DNA of 45,101 nucleotides from Piedraia hortae CBS 480.64 (Eukaryota): NCBI GenBank assembly GCA_010093745.1, contig MU006008.1, positions 1 to 45,101 of the forward strand, read 5' to 3'. Shown piece by piece: positions 35,504 to 45,101 of this stretch (position 1 is its first letter; each line of letters starts with the position of its first letter). The notes under the pieces were generated by a model. It saw only the letters and a program-made list of their open reading frames with translations, ran no database searches and was not told where the DNA came from. The position numbers and the translations under genes were made by a program.

Positions 35504-35657
35504 GGATAAAAGAGTCATGAATTATTACCGACTCCACTAGTCTGCCGGACTCCACGCGCTTCCTGGATGTAGTCTAGATTTACCGGAAACTTGAAGCTAC
35601 AAGGCCCTAGGCTTCGAGCACCTCACTCGGTCGTGGCCGAGCCCGTCCAGGAATGGC

Positions 35658-37894
35658 ATGGACGCTCCAGATGTGCCCCGGGCTCGGAACGAGACAGCGA
35701 GGAGGCACTCGCTCGGTCTCACAGCCTTGACTTCGCTGGTGAAGAGGAAGTCAAAGGCCGAGTCGAAACAATTACGACTACAATCGCGAGATGGTTCCAC
35801 GACGGATCTGACACCCAAGCCAAGCCACAGACACAAACCCAGTATTGCTGCCTCTTCTGCTACAAGCACCTCTTCGCGCCACATTGACACGCCACACACG
35901 ATCTTGGCAGAGCTTCCAGCCTTGTCTTTGGAGCACAATGATAGTCGCAGTTCGCTGGTGCGCCCGAGTAGCGAGCGCCGACCACTCTCAAGCAGAACAC
36001 CTGGAACGCCTTCGTTCCTGAACTCGCAAGAGGATGTTTCCAGCAATGCAAGGCTGGCAATTCCCTTGCCGTCCAGAAGCAGCAGCATGCTAAAAACCGA
36101 CCACGGCAAGCCGTCAACATCATGGGTACGAGCATCTGTTCCTTCGACTCCCGAGATTCTCTCTCCGCGGGAGCATAGCAGCGCCAATTCGCCGCACTCG
36201 CAAGAGACGGTGATCACAACGCCGCAATCAACAAGCGTTGATATTTCAACACTTGAGTCCGTCATGGAAGATGACCCAGAATCGTTTGATCTCCTACCGC
36301 CCTCGCTTCCACATCAGACTGAAGTAAACGTACTGGAGAAAAAAGCCGAACAAGTGTTCAGCCAGGCACACTTGCAAGCCATATTCGATAATCCAAAGCA
36401 GCTTCGAGAGTTCATCGGCTCTCTCAATCAGCGTCGACCGCAGTCCATTCCGATCTTGGTCTACTACCTGGATGCCCTCAAGGCTCTGCGTGCAATTCGC
36501 TACTCCAACGCAGTAGCAGAAGCATTGGAGTTCAATGCCAAACTACCTCTTACGCAAGGCCGCGTTCCGCCCACCCGTAATCCTGTACTGGAAGAGAAGG
36601 CTTCCCAGGCCTTTAATCTTCTGGTAGATGAGCTACCGGGTTACATTGTCCACGTGTGGACGAAAATCATGCGTCAAAGTGCGCTAAACAGCATAACGCA
36701 GCGCACCGAAGGGGCACCATCCAACAACTTGGCTGAGGCCTTTTGTCTGGCTGATCCAAGCCGGGCAGACACTCCCCTTGTCTTTATTTCGGAAGAATTC
36801 GCACGCATGACACAGTACAGCCCGTCCTTTCTCATCGGGAAAAACTGTCGATTTCTGCAAGGACCTGCAACCAACAAAGCGACCGATGCCGCGAAGCGAC
36901 GAATGGCTGAGGCATGTTCCTGTAGCAAGGAAATCACCGAGCTTGTGCTCAACTTCAGACGAGACGGCAGCCCATTCATGAACCTCATCACCATCGCACC
37001 CCTGGTCGATTCCCGCGGAGCATTGAAATACTTTCTCGGGGTCGCAACAGACGTCTCACACCTCCTCGCAACCACAACCGGCCTCGGGCCTCTGCATTCC
37101 CCCAATGACAAAAAGCGTGACGAACTAAGGGGGTTGAGTGAAATGCTCACAGCCACAGAGCAGGAAACCGTCCGACGTTTCGCAGGACGAATGCACACCA
37201 CCACCACCACCAACACCACAACCACAATCACAACTTATCCATCGGATTACGAAATCGAAAGCGAACTCTCAACCCCAATCAGTTCATGCAGCAGCGAGAA
37301 CCTATCCCTCCCCAAAGAACCCACCTCTCCGACCCTCTCACACCTCGGAATCTTCGATCAAGTATGTCCCTTTCCCATCACTCCCACCCAACTAACAAAA
37401 GGGAACAGTACCTCCTAATTCGCCCCTCGCCCTCCCTAAGAATCCTATTCACCTCTCCCACCCTCCGCGTCCCCGGAATCCTCCAATCCCCCTTCCTAAG
37501 TCGAATTGGCGGCTCCGACTCCGTACGCACGAGCTTATCAGACGCATTCACGCAAGGCCGCGGCATCACCGCAAAAGTAAAATGGCTTACCCGTCCCAGA
37601 CCGGGGAGCAGCGGGATGAAGTCCCCTACACCCGAGGATGAACCCGAGGAGCGGGAAAGGAACGAGACGGAGGAGTTTAGACATCGCTGGATTCGCTGTG
37701 TGCCGTTGTTGAATGCGGCGGGGGTTGTGGGGGTTTGGATCATTATCGTTGTGGATGATGATTCTTGTGTTGCGGTTAGGGCGTTTAAGGATCCGCCTCC
37801 GGTGGATAATGTTATTGGGAAAGGGAAGGTGGATTGTGATGATGAGGGGAAAGCTGCTGGTGTTGGGCATATTGCTTTGCAATTTGCTGGGTAA
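35658..37894 (+). CDS. RGS-LOV-DUF type blue-light sensor-like protein; intron 37362-37408
   Basis: Helical RGS-like region, LOV domain about 36733-37056 with GKNCRFLQGP and LNFRRDGSPFMNL, and C-terminal YLLIRPSPSLRILFTSP domain after splicing. Confidence 0.88.
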
Positions 37895-37944
37895 GTGGGA
37901 AATATATATATACTTTTTTTTTGAAATTTCATAAATCTATCGTT

Positions 37945-39750
37945 TCATACAGACAGGATATGTTGACGGTGGTTTTGTAGTTCCAGACCAACCTCTCTCA
38001 TCCTCTCTGCGCCCCTTCCCGGCTTGACTTTGAATCGAGCCTTATCCCCTTTAGCCTCGTGCTTCCTTCGCAGCTTTTCCTTGCGTCTTTCCCGCCTCCT
38101 CTCTAGTCCTTTCACAATGTCGATCGCCCCACGTCGCCGTGTCTCACTGGGTGATGCTTCGCCTTCATCAGAGAGGTATTGGCTGCACATTTGGCTAATC
38201 AGAAGTCGTGCACCGCCGCGAGGCAAGGATGAAGTGTGGGTTGGTTGAGGCCGCACTGCCAAGCCCATTGGCATTTGGCTATTGTTGCTGAAAGAAGGTC
38301 GACGAGAAGCGCATGGCGATGTCAGTCGGGCTCTTGGTGGCGAGCGCAGACGACGCGGAGATTGACCAAACAGCTGTTTTGGCGGAGGAGATCGAAGAGC
38401 GTGGCCCTTGCTTTTGGATAGTCTTCGCACTGGACGCTCCACTTCCCCGTCCATCTCGTCTCCGCTGCATTCAACCTGGATCAAGTCGTCGTCTTGTTCG
38501 TCCAGTTCCGGGTCCGAAGTAGGAAACGACGGATCAATATCCTGCGGTCTTGATGGGTAACGCGCTGCTTTGATCTCCTGTCGACGTGTAATGTAGGCCT
38601 GTTCCAGAGCTTGGTCCTCATCCAGCGTACCGCAAACAAAGTCTGTCGAGTCCGGCAGCTCCTGATCGTTCAAAATCATCGACACAGGCCGACTGCGAGA
38701 CGATGGCGAAGACCGTCCCGAGTTCAACGACGTACCAGAATGGGTGTGGTGTGCCCAATCGACAGATGTATTTGCGGTGGAAGCACCAGGAACCCACCAA
38801 TCATTGTCGCTGTCGTCGTCCAAGTCTGATGCGAAGCCGCTCTCATCGTCCGAATGAAACCCGTCATCCGACTCTTTCTCTGCGTCTTCCGCGGCCACCG
38901 CCTCTTCTGCTGCCTCCTCACAGGCCTGGCGCACCACATGCTCCTTCTGCAGCGTGTCTCGGATCGTCAGGCGACTGCGATGACATGTGACTTCCCGTAC
39001 CCACTCCTCAGGTTCATCGTCGCTGCTGGCAAATTCGTGAAAGCGCGCAGCTTCTCCCACGCTTAAGTTGGAGTCGACTGAGGCTTTCCGAGATGGAACC
39101 TGGGCCACAATGTCGACGACAGACCGCTTCCGTACCGCGGTCAGTGACAGCCGAGCCACGGTGTTGTCTGAGCCCCGAAACGGTCGACTATACGGCCGCA
39201 AACGTGGTGGCGGGCTAGTGGGACGTTTCCGTGGCTCTTCCTTGGCGTCGCATGTGGCTGGATTCGCGAAACGGATTGCGCCATTGTGTGCAACAGCTTC
39301 GCTCGGCCGAGCCGTGTTGTCTTTGCCACACGCAAACATGATGCATCTCTTTCGGCCGAGCGTCGCTTCCACCGACCGCTCAGATTCAGTGTGTGAAGGT
39401 ACTGCTTCCTGGCCCGCAATGCGGACCTCCTTGTCCCACGCAGTCGCAGAGGGCGAAGGGCTGAGCGCAGGACTCGTCATGCTGTGTTCGTCGTCGCTCG
39501 TGAGGTCGGCAACCGAAAGGGCGCTGTGGTAGCTCGGAGACGTGCTGAGAGCCTGAGAATCATCGCTGACGTCTGGCTCAGAGTGAAGCTGGCGCGTCAA
39601 GAGCGATTCCGGACGGCGGGAAGGCCGAGGCCGCTCCGTGGACAGTCGGATTCCATCAGGTGGTTCGTCAGCCTCTGCTTGGGGCTCGTCGTCGACGCTG
39701 GTCGTTGCCGCGGCCGGCGCAGCTGCTGCCGGACTTGTCCAAAATCCCAT
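37945..39750 (-). CDS. Ser/Pro/Arg-rich fungal protein of unknown function
   Basis: Long intact ORF (first ATG 39750) with conserved-looking blocks LPDSTDFVCGTLDED, PQDIDPSFP, RRGAIDIVKGLE, GAERMREVG. Confidence 0.85.
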   Translation of the reverse strand: MGFWTSPAAAAPAAATTSVDDEPQAEADEPPDGIRLSTERPRPSRRPESLLTRQLHSEPDVSDDSQALSTSPSYHSALSVADLTSDDEHSMTSPALSPSPSATAWDKEVRIAGQEAVPSHTESERSVEATLGRKRCIMFACGKDNTARPSEAVAHNGAIRFANPATCDAKEEPRKRPTSPPPRLRPYSRPFRGSDNTVARLSLTAVRKRSVVDIVAQVPSRKASVDSNLSVGEAARFHEFASSDDEPEEWVREVTCHRSRLTIRDTLQKEHVVRQACEEAAEEAVAAEDAEKESDDGFHSDDESGFASDLDDDSDNDWWVPGASTANTSVDWAHHTHSGTSLNSGRSSPSSRSRPVSMILNDQELPDSTDFVCGTLDEDQALEQAYITRRQEIKAARYPSRPQDIDPSFPTSDPELDEQDDDLIQVECSGDEMDGEVERPVRRLSKSKGHALRSPPPKQLFGQSPRRLRSPPRARLTSPCASRRPSFSNNSQMPMGLAVRPQPTHTSSLPRGGARLLISQMCSQYLSDEGEASPSETRRRGAIDIVKGLERRRERRKEKLRRKHEAKGDKARFKVKPGRGAERMREVGLELQNHRQHILSV

Positions 39751-41236
39751 TGTGCGAGGAATGTTGCCGTTTCCGTCCAGACACACCACCCGACCCGACG
39801 GCCTCGCCTAGCTATAACGAGAGCAGCATGGTTGGTAGCGTCACTCCTTATGGAACAGATGTGAATGGGGAGGGAAAAGAGAACTGTTACGAGAATGTGA
39901 GTGTGTGATGGTGGGGCGGCAAATTTCTGCGGACCGCTCGAGCGCCCCACACATCTCGTGACACGCTAATGACGCTAATGAGCCCCGCATCCTGTTTTGG
40001 CTCCGCAATTCACCGACAATTGCTCGCACCACCTTCCTCTCCGTCCACTAGATTTACGTCTTCGTTGAAACGTGCAAAAGCTACCCTCAACACCCTGCGT
40101 CGTGCATGATCGCTGGCTAAGACTTCGCCACAGGGCACGTCTCCAGCCTGACTCTTTGGTGTCACGAGGCCGTTGGTGGTTCCCTTTTGGTTAAGGTTTG
40201 CGTTTCAAGCCAACAAGGCGCTTCGATCCTTAGCTAGAACTGTTTTTGTAAAACGCCTAGCTCAGTGCGTGTGAGGCGTTCCCCGCAAAGGAAGAGCATG
40301 GCTCCACCAACAATGCTCGCATATGCGAACGAAAGACAGATGCAAGTCGATCAGATGCAAGATCCAACTGCAACTGATAACGATCATGTGAAACCAGTCA
40401 TACTTGAGGTTAGGAATGTGTAGTCTGACCACGGCAGCCACACCTCAGTCGATTATATCACGAGCTTATCTGACGCATACCTCCGCTTGCGTCATTTAAG
40501 CTCCTTATGGAGCACTGTGGTTATGCTTGTATTTTGCATCTACACGCCGAGGAATGTCTCGCATCAGATAGCGAAGCATGTGCTGTGGGTTCACTTCAGA
40601 AGTCAGGCCATCACACGGCTTTTGTGATCATGATAAGCCCTAGTGTATCCACTACCTGTTGAAATCGCATCGTATACCATGCTTATCATACCTTTACAAG
40701 CAGTCTCCTCCCATCAAATGGATCAGGTGTTGTTGTCTCGAAATTAACTCATATCACACCTGTTCTCATTTGCTGGAATTGACATCGAAGTTCAAAATAG
40801 AGCACTGGTGGCATCAATCAGGTATAGAATCCTTCATTGATAGCATCAAGCGACAAAAGGAACTGTCGGACACATGGCACACATCAGGTACCAATGGACT
40901 CGACTCAGGTGCGGATATGTTTCTATGCTCATCCGCCCGTTTAGATTGCGTTCGTAAACCTCGATCACTGAGGACGGAAACGCCCATGGTTGGGCGACGT
41001 AAAAACAACTCATCTTTGTCAATTCTACCTAGCTCTGACAATCTGCATTGTATATATCCTATACTCAGTATCCCATGCTCGACGCCCCCCACCAACCAAA
41101 AATATTTCCTGCTATCTGCCTTATGTCTCGGTTTGTCATGTTTCCCATGAGCGTATGGACAATGTTCGGGTGGATCTTCCTTCCATATTGATTTCACATT
41201 GATGGCTGTTGTGCAACATTAAACTTTCAACAATTG

Positions 41237-41333
41237 GCACTGGTGGTTTAGTGGTATAATGGTCCGTTGCCATGAATCGTGAACCTCATGATATAAGCTC
41301 GGACCGACCCGAGTTCGACTCTCGGCCAGTGCA
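41237..41333 (+). tRNA. tRNA-Gly(GCC) with 26-nt intron (41273-41298)
   Basis: Acceptor stem GCACTGG/CCAGTGC plus A, anticodon stem GTCCG/CGGAC, GCC at 41269-41271, T-arm CCGAG-TTCGACT-CTCGG; 71 nt after splicing; T7 Pol III terminator at 41337-41343. Confidence 0.95.
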
Positions 41334-41513
41334 TCATTTTTTTGCACCTTTCAGTGAGCCTCATGCACGAATTCCTCGTGGAAAAGATTATATTTGATTT
41401 GGAGATTATAGGAGATTATATTTTTGGCAAGAATGCTTCTGGATACCTTAACTACAGCCGCCCAAAGTTGATAAACTTGTTGTAACTAGTTACTCAAGAG
41501 CAGCTTGATGGCA

Positions 41514-42241
41514 TTAATTGATGTACAAATGTGCTGAGATGTAGATCTCGATGCAGTTCGCCGCAAACAATTTGCTGGGCAGTTTCGCAAACATTTGACT
41601 TTTTACCTCAGCAAGGCAAGCCATCCAGGTCATACCGTTCGGTCCCAATATTCTGCCACCTCCGTAGTCTGGTCCGCCATAGTTCCAACAGAGCAAGTTC
41701 ACGAGCATGGAATTCCCATTGTGTAGGCGAGTGCACCATTCAACTGCACGTAGATAATTTGGTCCACGCCTTTGGAGCTGGGGTGGACGTAATCGTTGTC
41801 CTGGTAAGGGTATATAGTCGCTACGATGTTTGAGATCAAGCCAAAGTAGAAGTGTCCATCGATGCTAGCCGTGAACTTCTCATTGAGGGGAGCTTCGGGG
41901 TTGGAGGCTTGGAGTTGATATACACCTGATCCGGTCTCGCTATACAAGCGCAGTTGTGCTCATTCCATCTGGGGGTAATGGCATCTATTGTTGTCAGTGA
42001 CGATCTTCTCGGCAGGAACATAGAAGAGATAGAGGAAATGACCCACGTGTACTGAAGGTTGACATAGCAAGCTGTACTAAATGGAAGAGTCTCTAATCCA
42101 AGAATGATCGGACAAAGTCGGGTCGTATTGTAGACATCATAACAGATATATTTGCTCGGGTCATATACAGCTTCGTCACAATCGAGCAATTGACTGGTGT
42201 GTAGGAAGAGCAGCGAGTGTCAGCAGTCCTGTAACACGCAT
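41514..42241 (-). pseudogene. Decayed secreted protein with CBM52-like Cys-rich module and cell-wall-protein-like C-terminus
   Basis: Signal-like MRVTGLLTLAAL, frameshift, CDEAVYDPSKYICY..LCPIILG..ACY..YTC, an intron near 41985-42044, an in-frame TGA, QIIYVQLNGALAYT, another frameshift, then WMAC..QMFA. Confidence 0.65.
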
Positions 42242-43316
42242 GGTTTACGCTTGTGGGAAAATTCAAGTGTCTGATGGAGGTACTTTTGGTGGACACATAA
42301 CTTGGATTAATATGAGAGCCTCTCCCGATGTTCTACACCCCTGCCCCGAGCAGAAATGCGGAATCCATCAAATCTCCAGTACGGACTGCATTAATTGATT
42401 TGGTGGGGTGTTTGCGATATAAAGCTTCCTTGTCGCATATGGAGATAGCCTGTTGATTGAAAGAATGCGTAAATTAGTGAATATAGGAATGGGAAGTGAC
42501 ATGAAAGACGATGTTGTTGCTGCTACCTCTTTACTAAGACTCTAGAGGAGATGAGTTTACTGGTCACCCTAGTCCTATCGGGACTGGCTCTCGACTAACA
42601 TCAACAGGATAGCCTCTTGGCTCTTTCTTCCCTAGTGCTCGAGCTCTTCATCCTCGTGAAGAAAAGAGGTGGTGTTGGTGAGAGGTCGTGGGATCGGTTC
42701 CGTCTGTGGGTATGATATCGGAGTATTCGACGTTATTGAAAGACGACGTGGCTATGGAAGAGGCTTTGCAAGTACGATAGAATGGTCCAAGCTGTAATGA
42801 TATACGAGTGAGCATTTGGTCAAGCATGCGTGGAAAGATGAGATAGATGGAGATGCAGACTTTATGATGGTATCTATTGGTAATGCGAGTTTCCCGCGAG
42901 ACCCAAGTCTTACTGCACCTTTGTTAGCTTATGGCAAGGTCTGGGATGCTTAGATGGCGAAAATATCAGTCGATATCAATAAACGGGGTCCAAGATAGTC
43001 CGAGATCACGATAGCCAAGGGGAGCGATTGATGGTCAATAGAATAATTGCCGAGGAGGCAAGGAATGGGATGATTGATGACAACAGCTACTACAACTAAA
43101 CTGATCAATATCACCTGTGTGTATTACATTGTCACGGTTAATGCCGACAGGGTTCGTGCTCTCTGTAGTAGAGGTAGCGCGCCTGGAGTCATCTCCTCGC
43201 GCGACAACATAGTTCCAACGCGTACCCTGACACACATATTGAGTCCTTCTAAATACAAAATTTTCCATGTGCTCCCGCTGGTCGTTCTGTAATCATTCTT
43301 GATTAATATTCGGCGG

Positions 43317-44500
43317 CTAGTTCGGCCTTGGATTCTTGCGCAACTCCACTTGTAGACTCTCATATTGACGTTGGAAGAGCCCAATTTGTTGCAAAGGAGC
43401 GCGCTTGTCTTCATGCGCGTCCTCCCTCATCTGCTGCAACTGTTGCAGCAATCTTTCGTTCTCTGCGACTTTCATCGCAATAATTTCAACTTTAGTCGCA
43501 ATCACTTTGGCATTTGCCTGATTATTCCTTTCGATCTCTGCATCCTTATCCACACGCACTTGCTGAACTTGTTGTTCCAACTTTCAATCACTTCATCCTT
43601 AGTCGCGATCACTTTATTGTTAGCCTGGGCAGTAGAAGTAGCGTTGGCGGCAGTCCTTTGTCTCTTGCTGGATGTCGCTTGAAGATGCTCCTGGTTGAAG
43701 CCCACTTGTAGATCGGTTGCGTTAGACAGCATGTTCACATAATCTATGATTATTTTTTTGTGCAAGACATAAAAGTCTGTGTACAGCCCCTGGATAATTG
43801 CAGCAGATTTACTACTCATCCTGCGATCTGTATGTCTCCCACCCGGGGCGCCATAGTCAGGATTCACTTCAAAGTTTTCGCTGACTTGGACGTTGAAAAC
43901 CTGTGGCGATCGTAGTTGATCTCCTTCTTGTCATCGTCCTTGAGAAAGAAGTGTTCATAGATTTCAATTTTCTCATGGTTGTGCAACATGCCAAAGCCAA
44001 GGATCTGGCCCTGCATCTGGTTAACCTCATCAGGTTTGACAGCCTCGCACAACTGAACGATTGCGTCAACATAGGTAGCCGCAGCACCAAACTCCTGTCT
44101 TAGTCCTTCATCCCATTTGCCGTTGTGGGCCTTCACCTCACACGCGAAGAATGGGAAAAACAGCCCTTCCGCGAACATTGCTGGCCTTAATTGATCGTAA
44201 TTTTCCAGTCTTCTCAGCTGCGTTGTGGTGAAAGCTTTCGGCTTTAAACAGAGAGTGATGTCCGGCCTCGGTCGTTTTTCATCCGACAGTCTTCATTTCC
44301 AGTCGACAACAGGATATTCCTCAATCTCCGTTATTCCAGGGTCCTCACCGGTCAGTATGTCAGCGGGGCGTGGCAGGATGAGTCTGGTCAAATTTTGGAC
44401 AAGGTAGAATTTGTTTAAATGTCCGAATTTCTCATTCCTCTCGTCCCACGCTTCAGCAGACTTAAACCCTGCGTTCGGAACGTGCAGGTAGAACAAGCCC
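43317..44500 (-). pseudogene. Decayed fungal PD-(D/E)xK nuclease-like gene with coiled-coil tail
   Basis: PRPDITL..AF..QL..FFPFFACEVK..RQ motif series split over four ORFs by a stop and frameshifts. Confidence 0.65.
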
Positions 44501-44624
44501 CAACCAGAAGCCGATGTTGGGGATCACTGCTCACTGGATCACATTCGCCAATCTCACATTACATTTCCCAAAACCATTCGCCACTCTGTCATGCCTCGCG
44601 CATGACAAACAACATCCAAAGCCT

Positions 44625-45010
44625 ACATCGATTTTGGGATGTCAGCATAGTTCCATTGAAGTTTAGACCCATACTGAATCATGGCCACTGTTACATCAAT
44701 CGGAAGGCGGGCCGAGCTTACATGTTACAGCAGTGTGTAAATGCGAAAGCGCATTTCTTTATGTGGATGTAGGTGGGTCCTCTGTGCATGATGCACGGGT
44801 TTTCAAGCAGAGCGACCTTTATCGTCGTCGGCCGTAATGCTCTTTTTCGAGGCACTATATCATCGGCGACAAGGCATATCCGAGAATCAGCATGTCGATG
44901 TCGCTCTTCAAACGCACACACAACAGGCTGGCTGAGAAAAGGATCTTCCAAATAGCTTAAGCAGCAGTAGGGCCGAGATAGAGCCGATTTCCACCGTATC
45001 ACGACTTGCT
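44625..45010 (+). mobile_element. PIF/Harbinger (DDE_Tnp_4-like) transposase remnant; boundaries approximate
   Basis: YINRK (44692), FLYVDVGGSSVHDARVF (SVHD at 44781), YIIGDKAYP (GD at 44865) and LSSSRAEIE occur in the expected order across frameshifts and a stop. Confidence 0.8.
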
Positions 45011-45020
45011 GATGGATAGT

Positions 45021-45101
45021 TATTATAATTGTGAGCAGATGTGTACCTGCATACAAATCTCTGCGGAAAACTAGTTGACGCGTGAAGTCGAGAGCCGAGC
45101 G
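45021..45101 (-). mobile_element. 3' end of another copia LTR (3' or solo LTR), running off the right edge
   Basis: Near-identical to 130-210 but not followed by a PBS. Confidence 0.93.

Noticed and set aside
37528..40478. 19/20-nt match CACGAGCTTATC(A/T)GACGCAT at about 37528 and 40459
   Set aside because: Isolated short match with no extension; plausible by chance in 45 kb.
40659..41202. Overlapping 127-163 aa ORFs upstream of the tRNA
   Set aside because: No recognisable domain or coding-like features.
130..45101. Same-orientation, same-subfamily LTRs at both window ends, suggesting a 45-kb composite element or circle
   Set aside because: Inner flanks differ (CACCC at 254-258 versus ATAGT at 45016-45020), so there is no shared TSD; the interval holds housekeeping genes. 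More likely independent insertions where the assembly breaks.
1..45101. CRISPR array, rRNA or Starship captain (tyrosine recombinase)
   Set aside because: No regularly spaced repeats, rRNA-like sequence or tyrosine recombinase motifs were seen.

Overview
Eukaryotic DNA from a filamentous ascomycete (Pezizomycotina-type) fungus with a compact genome: introns are only about 43-52 nt and some intergenic gaps are about 50 bp. The left part (1-15 kb) is rich in transposon debris: the 5' end of a Ty1/copia element, a solo LTR of a second family, a full-length but decayed copia element with intact 5-bp TSD, and a 3' LINE fragment. Between two inverted copia LTRs lie three genes: a putative kinetochore-motif protein, a degenerate metallophosphoesterase and an AbiEii-like nucleotidyltransferase. 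The core (15-40 kb) is gene dense: a bZIP factor frameshifted by a 13-bp duplication, SMP-30 lactonase, DnaJ (Djp1/Caj1-like), acyl-CoA synthetase, Yta7/ATAD2, Aralar-type carrier, Sar1, Rab5, Rpb6, S-formylglutathione hydrolase, an RGS-LOV-DUF photoreceptor-type protein and a conserved unknown. The right edge (40-45 kb) has an intron-containing tRNA-Gly, two pseudogenes, a Harbinger transposase remnant and another copia LTR. Best leads: (1) the LOV domain keeps the photoactive Cys but has Ala in place of the signalling Gln; (2) the intronless nucleotidyltransferase plus metal-ligand-deficient phosphoesterase pair; (3) repeated sharp C-rich to G-rich skew switches that ignore gene orientation. 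All family calls come from motif recognition by eye; no database searches were run.
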